Assembly (NCBI GenBank): GCA_035327305.1
Contig: DAOLDL010000001.1
Span: 85,561-149,560, forward strand
Length of the DNA stretch: 64,000 bases
Direction: 5' to 3'
Origin: Kiritimatiellia bacterium
GTDB taxonomy: Bacteria; Verrucomicrobiota; Kiritimatiellia; CAIVKH01
The notes under the pieces were generated by a model. That model saw only the letters and a program-made list of their open reading frames with translations, had not been told where the DNA came from and did not search any database. The translations under genes were made by a program, and so were the position numbers. This document shows positions 9,388-19,219 of the stretch, piece by piece; the stretch's first letter is position 1; each line of letters begins with the position of its first letter.

Positions 9388-12300
9388 TTGATGCGGAATC
9401 ACTTGGATATGGCATCAACCCGGGTTATACTTGACGGTTCGCGTATGAATCAGCCCATGGAACAAAATTCGATTTCTGCAAAAAGTGATCACGGTCCTTA
9501 CATAAACCGCGATTCACTGCAGAAGTGGTCCGGTCCGCATCAATACCAGGAAGGCAAGCGGCTTTTTGAAGTTGGAGCAGTGTCGGGATTGGAGCGTGAA
9601 GGCGCTATTGTTAAAGGTAATTTGAATTACGGGGCGAGGGAAATGTTGACCCGGTTCAAATTGTTGAAGGACGGATCGATAGAAAATCTTTGCCCGTGTC
9701 GGGACTCCCGTGAGCGTGGGTTGGTCTGTGCTCATGCTATCGCGCTGGGGTTTGCTTATGTTCAGATTCATGCAGATAACCGGACTGACCGTTCAATGCG
9801 AATCCAACGTCGCCGCGACAAACATGCCCGTACCGGGGTGGAGTACGGCTGTATCCGGCGCAACCCACCCGGATCTGCTCATGCGCAACCGGCCAGGCTT
9901 CGCATAAAACTTGAAAGCGGTTGGCTGGCCACGGCGCCAGTCGGTGTTTTGCCCGTATCCGTTTGGGTTCACTACCGGGATAAAAAGGTCCGCATCGATA
10001 AGGCGCCGGTGGAAACTCCTTTCACATTCGTGCCAACGCATGAGGAATTGCTTTACTGTCTGGAAGACATTGCCGGAGTTCCACTTAAGGGACAGACGAC
10101 AGTAAGAGTGGAAGATTTTATCGAATTGCTCGAACAAACCCCTCCAGAGACTTTGTTTGACGCCGATTCACAATCGCAAGTTCGTCTCGACAACTCTCCG
10201 GTTGTGCCCATGTTGCTTACGACCATGGACAAGGATACCGGCGACCTGATTTTGGAACTACAGGTCGAATGGCCGTCAGGAAAAAAAGACGTGCGAGTGA
10301 TTCTGCCGGGCAACAATTCCGCATGGGTCTACGCCATGTCCACGATACGCCCCCTGGCATCCGCGCTCCCAAAGGATCTCCATTCCTTGTATGAAGCGCC
10401 ATTGCGCATTAAACGCGAAGAGTTGATTCATTTCCTTTACCAACGTTTGCCTCAACTGGACAAGGTATGGCTGGTTGAGCACAAGTTTCCCCATGATAAA
10501 ATCAAATGGGCGACCGGCAAGCCGGACTTCCGTGTCATTCTTTCCGGTGATTACGAACGCATGCGTATTCTGTTGCATGCGGATTACGATGGCATGCCGG
10601 GACCTCTTGCCGGATCTCCGGACACTGCGCCTCCCTACAGTGTGCCGGCCCGTGATAACAACTTGCTTTACCTGAAGCGTGATCATGCCCGAGAAAAAGA
10701 GGCGCTGGAGTGGTTGCATCTCCATGTTTCAACCTACGTGAGGGAAAGCGGGGAAGTCATCGTCGATGGCGCTCAAGCCATTATGGATATTTTAGGCCGG
10801 GTCATTCCGGTTATCAAAGGCCGCGGCTGGCAAATCGAATTTGAAGGTTGGCTGGAGGCATTAAAACAGGGCGTTTCCTGGATTGTGCCGGAAATTGAAT
10901 GCCGCGCACCCGGTGGGGAGTCATGGTTTGATTGCACCGTTACCTTTCGTGACACGGATGGACAATCGCTTGATCCGGCGCTGATACAACAGGCGTTGCT
11001 CAAAGGCGACGGGTGTGTGCGTCAGGGTGAAAAAATATGGCTGATGGATCGCCATAACATGCAGACGCTTCAGGACATTCTCGATGAATGCGACCACAAG
11101 GGTTCTTTAAGTCAAAGCCGGCACCGCCTCGACAATATTCATGCGGGCTACTTGCGAAATGCGATCTCGTCGCTGTCCAATGTCAAATGGAATGGCAATG
11201 AGGCTTTTTCAAGTTTGGCCGTCGCACAAAACCGTGAAGTCAGCATGATGCCGGTTACGCTTTCCGAGTCGCTTGACAAAATCATGCGCGGATACCAGAA
11301 AGAAGGTGTCTCCTGGTTGCGGTTTCTCGAACAATGCGGGTTTTCCGGTATTTTGGCCGATGAAATGGGGCTGGGAAAAACCATTCAAACCCTCGCGTGG
11401 TTGACGTTGGAGCGAACAGACCAGCGGGCACGTGGCAAACCGGCCATTGTGGTTTGCCCGACCAGTCTGCTTGATAACTGGGCGGATGAGTCCCGTCGCT
11501 TTACCCCGCAACTGCGTATTCATGTTGTTCATGGGCAGGACCGGAAAAAAACGTTGGGCAAATTAAGCGAAGCCGATCTGGTTATCACGTCCTATGCGCT
11601 TCTGCGCCGCGACATCGAGCACTATCACCGGCAGGAATTTTCCGTGGCGATTCTCGATGAAGCCCAGCACATTAAAAACCATTCCACCCAAAACGCCCGG
11701 GCCGCGAAAAAACTACGGGCGGTTCACCGCCTGGTATTAACCGGCACGCCGGTTGAAAACGGGGTGGCCGATTTGTGGTCGATCCTCGATTTTCTTATGC
11801 CGGGATATCTGGGTCACCATCAACATTTCCGACGCATGTATGAAATTCCCATTGCGGCTGGAACTGCCATTTCTCAACAGGTTCAACAGCGATTGCGCCA
11901 GAAAGTGCATCCTTTTCTTCTCCGGCGATTGAAGCGTGATGTTGCGAAGGAACTTCCGGAACGCATTGATCGGGTGGCTTATTGCACCATGACGGCCGAT
12001 CAACGCGCAGTGTACCGCCAACTGCTGGAAAGCACTTCCCGACAAATTGTCGGCATGGTCAACACACAAGGGTTTACACGCTCCCGGTTCATGATCCTGA
12101 AAACCCTTACCCGGTTGCGCCAGGTGTGCTGTCATCTTGATCTGTTGAAAATGCCCGAGTTGCACTCAAAAAATCCCTCCGGGAAGCTTGATCTGTTCAT
12201 GGAGCTATTGGACGAGGCGCTTGACGGAGGGCACCGGATTCTTGTGTTCAGTCAGTTCGTTTCCATGCTTCACATCATTCGCAACGAACTTTCCAAACGG

Positions 12301-12687
12301 AAAATTCCAATTTGTTATCTCGACGGTTCGACGATTCACCGATGGGAAGAGGTTCAAAAATTCAACGAAAACCAATCTATTCCGGTTTTCCTGATCAGTT
12401 TGAAGGCGGGCGGAACAGGCTTGAATCTCACTGGCGCGGACATGGTCATTCATTTCGATCCATGGTGGAATCCTGCCGTGGAGGATCAGGCAACCGATCG
12501 GGCGCACCGTATCGGACAGCACAAAACCGTGTATAATGTGAAATTAATCACCCGGGACAGTATTGAGGAAAAAGTGCTGGATCTGCAGAAACGAAAACGC
12601 GCGGTAATTGACGCGACACTTTCATCCGATGCGGATATTGTACGCAGTTTGTCCTGGGAAGATGTTCAGGAGTTGTTGCAGTTATGA
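9388..12687 (+). CDS. SWIM zinc finger + SNF2-family (SF2) helicase
   Basis: CPC...C.H SWIM motif; ILADEMGLGKT, ILDEAQHIKN, LTGTPVEN, LISLKAGGTGLNL, DPWWNPAVEDQATDRAHRIGQ. Exact start uncertain (9388-9458). Confidence 0.93.
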   Translation: MMRNHLDMASTRVILDGSRMNQPMEQNSISAKSDHGPYINRDSLQKWSGPHQYQEGKRLFEVGAVSGLEREGAIVKGNLNYGAREMLTRFKLLKDGSIENLCPCRDSRERGLVCAHAIALGFAYVQIHADNRTDRSMRIQRRRDKHARTGVEYGCIRRNPPGSAHAQPARLRIKLESGWLATAPVGVLPVSVWVHYRDKKVRIDKAPVETPFTFVPTHEELLYCLEDIAGVPLKGQTTVRVEDFIELLEQTPPETLFDADSQSQVRLDNSPVVPMLLTTMDKDTGDLILELQVEWPSGKKDVRVILPGNNSAWVYAMSTIRPLASALPKDLHSLYEAPLRIKREELIHFLYQRLPQLDKVWLVEHKFPHDKIKWATGKPDFRVILSGDYERMRILLHADYDGMPGPLAGSPDTAPPYSVPARDNNLLYLKRDHAREKEALEWLHLHVSTYVRESGEVIVDGAQAIMDILGRVIPVIKGRGWQIEFEGWLEALKQGVSWIVPEIECRAPGGESWFDCTVTFRDTDGQSLDPALIQQALLKGDGCVRQGEKIWLMDRHNMQTLQDILDECDHKGSLSQSRHRLDNIHAGYLRNAISSLSNVKWNGNEAFSSLAVAQNREVSMMPVTLSESLDKIMRGYQKEGVSWLRFLEQCGFSGILADEMGLGKTIQTLAWLTLERTDQRARGKPAIVVCPTSLLDNWADESRRFTPQLRIHVVHGQDRKKTLGKLSEADLVITSYALLRRDIEHYHRQEFSVAILDEAQHIKNHSTQNARAAKKLRAVHRLVLTGTPVENGVADLWSILDFLMPGYLGHHQHFRRMYEIPIAAGTAISQQVQQRLRQKVHPFLLRRLKRDVAKELPERIDRVAYCTMTADQRAVYRQLLESTSRQIVGMVNTQGFTRSRFMILKTLTRLRQVCCHLDLLKMPELHSKNPSGKLDLFMELLDEALDGGHRILVFSQFVSMLHIIRNELSKRKIPICYLDGSTIHRWEEVQKFNENQSIPVFLISLKAGGTGLNLTGADMVIHFDPWWNPAVEDQATDRAHRIGQHKTVYNVKLITRDSIEEKVLDLQKRKRAVIDATLSSDADIVRSLSWEDVQELLQL

Positions 12688-12917
12688 GTGAACTCGATAA
12701 AAAACTTCGAAAATGGTACATTGGCCTTCGTATTCTTTCGTATGTGCTCGGATTCACCGGCGTGGTCATTATGACCATGGCGCGCGGTTTCGATGAACCG
12801 GCCCGAACCATTTGGATACAACGGGCATATTTGTGCGTGGGTGCGATGTTTGCCATATTTATCGCGAATTACTTGTTGCTGGCCCTCAAGTCGTGGCGAA
12901 AAAGAACGCACGTGTAA
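12684..12917 (+). CDS. Small two-TM membrane protein
   Basis: 77 aa, two hydrophobic segments, ATGA overlap with the SNF2 stop. Confidence 0.6.
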   Translation: MSELDKKLRKWYIGLRILSYVLGFTGVVIMTMARGFDEPARTIWIQRAYLCVGAMFAIFIANYLLLALKSWRKRTHV

Positions 12918-12936
12918 CCGTGCGTCTGCTTCCGAC

Positions 12937-13815
12937 ATGAACCAGGCTCCGTATTTGTACCGGCAAAGCATTCGCCGGGGAGCCATGTTTCTGCTCTGCT
13001 CATCCCTGGTATTCTCTTTCGTGGGGGCAATGGTCAAATCCCTCACTTCAGAATTACCGGTTGCCATGGTGGTTTTTTTCAGAAATGGGGCGGGACTTAT
13101 TTTCCTGCTCCCGTGGATTTTACTTAATAAAAAGCACACGCTCAAAACGACGCATCTTGTCGACCATGCGGCGCGTGCGGTGTCCGGTGTGCTGGCCATG
13201 TATTTCTTTTTTCACGCAATTGCCAACATGCCGTTGTCAGAGGCCATATCACTGAACTTTACTTCACCCCTGATCATTCCCGTCATGGCTTATATCGTGT
13301 TGCGCGAAACCATTCCCGCCAGAATGTCGGTATTGCTTTGCCTGGGTTTTGCCGGTGTGCTGTTGATTGTCAAGCCGGGAGCAGGCGTATTTAACCCCGC
13401 CGCATTGTCCGGTGTAGCCTCCGCCTTTTTCGCGGCATTTGCCCTCGTTAACATCAGGAAATTGACCCGCACGGAACCCGCGATGCGTGTGGTATTTTAT
13501 TTCGCCCTTATTGGTTCCCTCATAACGCTCCCGGCCATGCTCATCGTCTGGCAAAACCCCACTTCAATTCAATGGGTTCTTCTGGTCGGTGTTGGTTTAT
13601 TTGCCACGGTCGGGCAATGGTTGCTCACCCGCGGTTATGCTTCGGGACCGGTGGGACAGGTCGGCATATTTCATTACAGCGCCGTGGTATTTGCCGGCAT
13701 GATTGACTGGATAATCTGGAGCGATGCGCCTGACGTGTGGTCGATGGCCGGGGTGTTGTTAATTTGCGCCGCAGGTGTCATCGCCATGCGCATTTCACGC
13801 GTAAAGGTAATTTGA
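12937..13815 (+). CDS. DMT/EamA family transporter
   Basis: Ten TM segments with internal duplication; VVFFR, EAISLNFTSPL, GQWLLTRGY. Start 12937 or later. Confidence 0.88.
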   Translation: MNQAPYLYRQSIRRGAMFLLCSSLVFSFVGAMVKSLTSELPVAMVVFFRNGAGLIFLLPWILLNKKHTLKTTHLVDHAARAVSGVLAMYFFFHAIANMPLSEAISLNFTSPLIIPVMAYIVLRETIPARMSVLLCLGFAGVLLIVKPGAGVFNPAALSGVASAFFAAFALVNIRKLTRTEPAMRVVFYFALIGSLITLPAMLIVWQNPTSIQWVLLVGVGLFATVGQWLLTRGYASGPVGQVGIFHYSAVVFAGMIDWIIWSDAPDVWSMAGVLLICAAGVIAMRISRVKVI

Positions 13816-13819
13816 ATTT

Positions 13820-14503
13820 TCAAATCAGCGCGTCGGCCAGTAAATTGCCAAGCGCCAGGGCATGAGAAGCCGAAGGCTCAACGACAAAAGGAAAATGAAT
13901 CACCGGGGCGCCTTTGGATATCAACGCGATGTGTTCCAGGTTATCGCTTTTAATCAGGGTGTCCTCTTCGGTTTCCGCGGGCGCAGTATCGTTTGCAACG
14001 ATGGCACATGGGGAGTGACCGGCACGCAACAATTCCCGAAGCGTGAGCGCTGTATGATTCAACGTGCCCAGGCATGTGCGGGTGACCAGAACCGGACGCG
14101 CTTCGCTGGATGTCAACAGGTCAAGCATTGTCAATTGAGCATCCAGCGGTGTGAGCAAACCGCCCGCTCCTTCAATAATCAGGACATCCACCTGCCGCGA
14201 TAACTTGTCTATGTACTCCAAAACTTTTTCCAATTCAATTTTCCTGCCCGCAAGGTGGGCCGCCAGATGCGGCGATGCAGGCAGGGGAAAGTCATAAAGA
14301 GGGCGTGGAATATTAATGTCCGCACATCCGGACAATTTTCCATAAGCGGATGCATCATCCATTCCGCAATCACTGCCGGTTTGAATTGGTTTAATGGCAA
14401 GACCCATGATATCACGCTGGCGAAGCGCCGCCATCAGGCAGGATGTGACCCATGTTTTACCGACTCCCGTGTCGGTTCCGGTAATAAAGAATCGCTTCGC
14501 CAC
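13820..14503 (-). CDS. bioD: Dethiobiotin synthetase
   Basis: FFITGTDTGVGKT, KPIQTG, PASPHLAA, IIEGAGG, LGTLNHTALT. Confidence 0.95.
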   Translation of the reverse strand: MAKRFFITGTDTGVGKTWVTSCLMAALRQRDIMGLAIKPIQTGSDCGMDDASAYGKLSGCADINIPRPLYDFPLPASPHLAAHLAGRKIELEKVLEYIDKLSRQVDVLIIEGAGGLLTPLDAQLTMLDLLTSSEARPVLVTRTCLGTLNHTALTLRELLRAGHSPCAIVANDTAPAETEEDTLIKSDNLEHIALISKGAPVIHFPFVVEPSASHALALGNLLADALI

Positions 14504-16365
14504 TAGTTACTTCCTCCGGCTGGCATGTGTGATTTAAAATCGTAAATTGACCAATGATGATCGGGCGGAAATCCAAGTTGTTCGGATATATTTTCACCGG
14601 TTTCCAGAAATTGTTTCATGGCCTCATTCATGCTTCGCAGTCTGCCGCGTGTAACCATCATGAATCTAAATTCTCCACGCTTGACCATTTCACTCAATTC
14701 ATCGCCGGATCGTTCATATCGGTTAAGATATTCATTATAATAGGGTATTGCCGATCGGTTGAAGTGCGTGGCAATCAGGGAACAACCGTTCATGGTCGGC
14801 ATGGCCGCGAGATATCTGGTGTCCGGTTCCTTTTCCATCATATATTCATAAATGTGTTGAAGACCGGAAACTCTTCCGGCGATGTATGCGTTTGCTGTTG
14901 CCGAATAGGATGGATTCAATTCGCCCTTTCTTTTCAATTCGAGAAATATCGCGCCGGGTATTACCCCTTCAGACTGCCTGGCTTTTACACAAATCCATGA
15001 CACGTTAAAAAGAATCGATAGCAGAACGGCCATAGATCCGAAAACCAGCGTATTTTTGGCGAGAGGTCTTTCCTGGATACTCCGGTAAATAAGACAGGTT
15101 GAGGCGGCAATGACCATGATGCAGGCGGGGGCCAGCCAGTCACCCACCGTATCTAATTTTACGAGGGTGAACAGCATCCATAATACGGAACCATAAATGC
15201 CAGCCAACGCCAGAAATCTTGTCCGCCTTTTATCGGAGCCAATACCAGCCAATCCAATGCCGGCAAATACCGCATACGGCGTTGCCATAAGTTCCAGGTA
15301 ATGCGGAGGCGCCATTCGGGAAAAGCTGAACGCAAGAAGGCCCAACAACAGCCAGGCGAACCAAAAGGACGCGGCAACCGGAAGGGCTTTTCGGTTGGCA
15401 TTTGCGAATGATAATACGATGCCCACCAAAACAAGCGGCAATAAATAAGAAATCATGGAGCCGGGAAACTCGCCGAATAGTCGTTTCCATCCGTTCAGCC
15501 CCCCGTATAAAACTCCTTCAGCAATTTCGATTCCCGTGGATGTCAAAATGGTGGCCGGTCTGAAACCAGTATCATTGGACATTCTGGCCAAACCGTTATG
15601 AGCCAGGGTTAATTCCAACATGCGGTTGCCGTCGGTGTTCATGACGCGAGGTCGCTGATCTTCAGGTGTCATGTCCACGGCGACAATCCATCCGAATGCC
15701 AGCACGAGGAAGAACAGCAGGGGAGGGATATAGTTCAGCAGTAATTTGGGTTTGCGCCATGGCATTCCATAGACCGCCAACAGGACAAGAGATGGCATCA
15801 TGACCGACATGGCGAGACCCTTGACGTTAAAAGCCAGTCCGCAGAAAAAAGCGGCCAGCCAAATGCGACTGAACTTTCCGTGTTTGAGATATGCGGCAAG
15901 ACAACATGCCGCGATGAGCACAAACATCGGCAATAGAGCATCCACCTTGTTGCTTCTCGCAACCAGAACGGCATTTGGCATGAATGCCAGTATGCCTGCC
16001 GAACATGTGGCGGCAATCCGGTTGCCATCAAGAAGCAGGATAAGACGATAAACCAGAGCAACGGAAACCATTCCGGCGATGGCTTGCGGCAACATCAATG
16101 CAAACCCATCGTATCCGAAAAGATGCGCGGATAAGGTTTGGAACCAGAACCCCAAAGGAGGTTTATCAAACATGTAAGTGCCTTGGGGATCCCAGGCGAC
16201 AAAGAAAAAATGCCACCAGGATTGCATCATGCTTCGGACATTTCCACTGGAGGAGGGGCACCCGAATCCATTCCCGCCCAGCTGATGAAATCGGGGAAAG
16301 TACGCGGCAACCAACACAATCAATAAACCGGCATGACGGCCTAAAAATTCAAGTGTGCGTTTCAT
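14503..16365 (-). CDS. GT-C fold membrane glycosyltransferase (GT39/ArnT/PMT-like; YkcB-type)
   Basis: VRSMMQSWWHFFF..WDP....DKPPLGFW, LPQAIAG, LAFNVKGL, HNGLARM; about 12 TM helices plus a C-terminal periplasmic domain. Confidence 0.8.
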   Translation of the reverse strand: MKRTLEFLGRHAGLLIVLVAAYFPRFHQLGGNGFGCPSSSGNVRSMMQSWWHFFFVAWDPQGTYMFDKPPLGFWFQTLSAHLFGYDGFALMLPQAIAGMVSVALVYRLILLLDGNRIAATCSAGILAFMPNAVLVARSNKVDALLPMFVLIAACCLAAYLKHGKFSRIWLAAFFCGLAFNVKGLAMSVMMPSLVLLAVYGMPWRKPKLLLNYIPPLLFFLVLAFGWIVAVDMTPEDQRPRVMNTDGNRMLELTLAHNGLARMSNDTGFRPATILTSTGIEIAEGVLYGGLNGWKRLFGEFPGSMISYLLPLVLVGIVLSFANANRKALPVAASFWFAWLLLGLLAFSFSRMAPPHYLELMATPYAVFAGIGLAGIGSDKRRTRFLALAGIYGSVLWMLFTLVKLDTVGDWLAPACIMVIAASTCLIYRSIQERPLAKNTLVFGSMAVLLSILFNVSWICVKARQSEGVIPGAIFLELKRKGELNPSYSATANAYIAGRVSGLQHIYEYMMEKEPDTRYLAAMPTMNGCSLIATHFNRSAIPYYNEYLNRYERSGDELSEMVKRGEFRFMMVTRGRLRSMNEAMKQFLETGENISEQLGFPPDHHWSIYDFKSHMPAGGSN

Positions 16366-16768
16366 TTTTCCCGGTGAATGGAAGTTTTAATGTTGCCTCA
16401 TATTTTACATGAATAAAAACAATGCAAGCACCCACTGTGTCGGCAATCCAGTCGTATATGTCAGCAACGCGGTTATCAACCATGGATTGGCGCCATTCGT
16501 CGGTTATACCATATAATGATGAAAATAGTACGGATAGCACGGCTGATTTAACGGGGGGGATTCCGCATGAACGAAGAAATGCGTACATAAACGACGAAAG
16601 GATGGCATAAATGACGGCATGAACGATTTTGTCGAAATGGGGCGGCAACCATATTCCCGGATCCGGCGTCTCCGATTTACCGCTCATCCAGAAGATCAGT
16701 CCGCACCAGGTTACTACCGGAAACCAGCCCAGATACTTGTAGTTACGAAACAACGTTGACATCAACAT
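16349..16768 (-). CDS. VanZ family membrane protein
   Basis: DKIVHAVIYAIL, YGITDEWRQSMV.NR.AD..DW.AD.VG. Confidence 0.85.
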   Translation of the reverse strand: MLMSTLFRNYKYLGWFPVVTWCGLIFWMSGKSETPDPGIWLPPHFDKIVHAVIYAILSSFMYAFLRSCGIPPVKSAVLSVLFSSLYGITDEWRQSMVDNRVADIYDWIADTVGACIVFIHVKYEATLKLPFTGKNETHT

Positions 16769-16814
16769 ACCCGACTTATAACTGACAAATTATGTTTTTC
16801 CAATAATCATCAAA

Positions 16815-16823
16815 TGGTAGAAT
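16815..16823 (+). promoter_or_regulatory. Extended -10 promoter (TGG-TAGAAT) 6 nt before ATG 16830; leaderless-type
   Basis: TGGTAGAAT-ACCGCC-ATG; no Shine-Dalgarno. Confidence 0.65.
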
Positions 16824-16829
16824 ACCGCC

Positions 16830-17678
16830 ATGACAAGGTCTATATTGCTGTTCGCCCTGTTGATTTTTCATTTTCAATCCGTGAATGCGGAAGATGCCGA
16901 TGTCATGCGTACCGTGATATATCCCATCACGTTTGGAGATCCTCAAGCGCTTGAAGAAATCAGCCGCGCGATTGTCGGCGAAGATGGACACCTGACTCTT
17001 GATCTCAAAGGAAACCGCCTGATCGTGGTAACCACATCAGCCAAGCACCGGCAGTTGGATGAAGTATTCGGTACTGCTGAAACCGCGGTGGACAACGTTC
17101 GCATCCAGGTTGAATTTATTCATCACTCCGTCGAGCGGGACCGCGGTGCCGGGATCAAGGGGCACGGTGATATTGTGGTGGGAGGAGGGGGGACATCCGG
17201 TAAAATTGTACTGCATCCGGAAATTCGCGATTCGCGGACTGAAACAAGCGGCAACGTCCGGCAGTTGTTGTTGGTTGCCAGTGGACGCGAAGGGTTCCTG
17301 CGGGTTGGAGAAAGCGTGCCGTACATTGAATGGATATCTGAATACAGTTGGCGGGGCGGATATACGGAATCGCGCATCCTATGGCAGGAAGCAGGATCTT
17401 TCCTGGTGGTGACACCTACAATCATGAGGGATGGCAAAACCATCCATATCAAAATCACGCCGGAAATTCGCGGGCTGGTGGATGGTAACCCATTGCGCGT
17501 GAAATATACGGCACTTGCCACTGAAGTTTTCACCGCTGACGGTCAAACCATTCAACTTGGCGGATCGGGAAAGAATCAGGAGTTCTATTCGCGATTTCTC
17601 GTTGGCATGAACAGAAGCGGTTCAACAAGCGCGATCGATATTAAATTGACCCCGCAAGTTGTAAAACCCGCGCCCTGA
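16830..17678 (+). CDS. Short secretin-like protein (NolW/Secretin_N domain + truncated secretin beta domain)
   Basis: Signal peptide; IYPITFGD..L....G.....D...NRLIV N-domain; GREGFLRVGESVPY; GSFLVVTP; T.V....GQTIQLGG. Confidence 0.65.
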   Translation: MTRSILLFALLIFHFQSVNAEDADVMRTVIYPITFGDPQALEEISRAIVGEDGHLTLDLKGNRLIVVTTSAKHRQLDEVFGTAETAVDNVRIQVEFIHHSVERDRGAGIKGHGDIVVGGGGTSGKIVLHPEIRDSRTETSGNVRQLLLVASGREGFLRVGESVPYIEWISEYSWRGGYTESRILWQEAGSFLVVTPTIMRDGKTIHIKITPEIRGLVDGNPLRVKYTALATEVFTADGQTIQLGGSGKNQEFYSRFLVGMNRSGSTSAIDIKLTPQVVKPAP

Positions 17679-17771
17679 CCGGAAGGCACTGTACCGGTGT
17701 TGTGTCGGGCGGCCGGGACCTCCTTTTCTTTTCCTTGCTTTCCACCAACAAGTTGTAGATATTCAAGGGTA

Positions 17772-17922
17772 GACCTTCGGGGCAGGGTGATCTCATGCTT
17801 GCATGGGAAATTCCCGATCGGCGGTGTAGCCCGCGACTCCCGGTTGTTTAAACCGGGATTGAGCCAGTCAGGTGTTCGCATCGATCTGGAGCCGACAGTA
17901 TAGTCTGGATATAAAGAAGGTT
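17772..17922 (+). promoter_or_regulatory. FMN riboswitch (RFN element)
   Basis: CTTCGGGGCAGGGTGA...AATTCCCGATCGGCGGT, AGCCCGCGAC, GAGCCGACAGTATAGTCTGGAT..AAGAAG; P1 ACCTTC/GAAGGT; directly upstream of ribBA. Confidence 0.95.
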
Positions 17923-17971
17923 CGCCACACCGTAGGTGTATTCTGCCCCGATATGGTCGTTTGAGAAGTTT

Positions 17972-19210
17972 ATGCAAACGACACAACAGCAAACAGTAAA
18001 ACGGAATTCAATTCCCGGTTTCGAAAAACTGGAACAAGCCATAACTGCTTTCGGTCGGGGTGAAATCGTCATCGTCACCGATGATGCCCGCCGCGAAAAT
18101 GAAGGCGACTTCATTGTTGCCGCCGAAAAAATCACGCCGGAAGCCATCAATTTCATGACAATACACGGCCGTGGGTTGATCTGCATCGCCATGGATTCGG
18201 CACGATTGCGGAAACTCGGACTGTCTCGAATGATGTCGCATGGCGATGGTGATCAATACCGCACGGCATTTATGGAGTCCGTGGACGCGCGCATCGGTGT
18301 CACCACGGGAATCAGCGCGTTTGATCGCTCCCGCACGATACAAGTTCTCATGAATGATCAATCTACGGCGGCAGATTTAAATCGGCCGGGACACATGTTT
18401 CCCCTCGAGGCCATGGCGGGCGGCGTCTTGAAACGCGCCGGTCATACTGAAGCTTCAGTGGATCTTTGCCATCTGGCCGGACTGAAGCCGGGTGGTGTTA
18501 TTTGCGAAGTGCTGAATGATGACGGCACCATGGCGCGTTTTCCGGATTTGACCAAATTGTCCAAGAAACACGGGTTGCACATGATCGCCATTCGCGATTT
18601 GATCCATTACCGGTCGCTTCGTGAAAAATTGATCGAACTCGACACGCAGATAAACCTCCCCACGGAATTCGGCATGTTCAAGATGTCGATGTACCGTTCA
18701 TTGATCGACCAGAAAACCCATCTTGCCCTTGTTCTTGGCAGGCCGCACGAACTGGATAATCCCCTGGTTCGCATTCACAGTGAATGCCTTACCGGTGATG
18801 CTTTCGGTTCATTGCGTTGCGACTGCGGCTCGCAGTTGCGCGAAGCTCTTCAATTGATCGGAAAATCCGGCAGTGGAGTCCTGATCTACATGCGGCAGGA
18901 AGGACGCGGAATAGGACTCGAATTCAAAATCCGCGCCTATGCATTGCAGGAGCAGGGCATGGATACCGTGGAAGCCAATGAACAGCTTGGGTTTGAGGCA
19001 GATGAGCGGGATTACACCATTGCCGCGCAAATTCTGGTTGATCTCGGTGTGAAAAAACTGAACTTGATAACAAACAATCCTCGCAAAATTGAGGGGCTGG
19101 AGCGATTCGGAATCGAAGTTAGAAGCCGCACCCCCCTGATTCTGCCCGGTACGGAACACAGCGAACATTACCTCAATACCAAGAAGAAAAAGCTCGGGCA
19201 CATGCTTTAA
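17972..19210 (+). CDS. ribBA: Bifunctional DHBP synthase / GTP cyclohydrolase II
   Basis: DDARRENEGD, RAGHTEASVDL, VRIHSECLTGD.FGSLRCDCG, QEGRGIGL. Confidence 0.97.
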   Translation: MQTTQQQTVKRNSIPGFEKLEQAITAFGRGEIVIVTDDARRENEGDFIVAAEKITPEAINFMTIHGRGLICIAMDSARLRKLGLSRMMSHGDGDQYRTAFMESVDARIGVTTGISAFDRSRTIQVLMNDQSTAADLNRPGHMFPLEAMAGGVLKRAGHTEASVDLCHLAGLKPGGVICEVLNDDGTMARFPDLTKLSKKHGLHMIAIRDLIHYRSLREKLIELDTQINLPTEFGMFKMSMYRSLIDQKTHLALVLGRPHELDNPLVRIHSECLTGDAFGSLRCDCGSQLREALQLIGKSGSGVLIYMRQEGRGIGLEFKIRAYALQEQGMDTVEANEQLGFEADERDYTIAAQILVDLGVKKLNLITNNPRKIEGLERFGIEVRSRTPLILPGTEHSEHYLNTKKKKLGHML

Positions 19211-19219
19211 AGGTGAAAC

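Noticed and set aside
9388-12687. SWIM-SNF2 helicase as an anti-phage defence system
   Set aside because: Stand-alone SWIM-SNF2 proteins are widespread, and no nuclease, methylase or other defence partner is adjacent.
17679-17740. Rho-independent terminator after the secretin-like gene
   Set aside because: A T-rich tract is present (about 17724-17733), but I could not identify a convincing GC stem directly before it.
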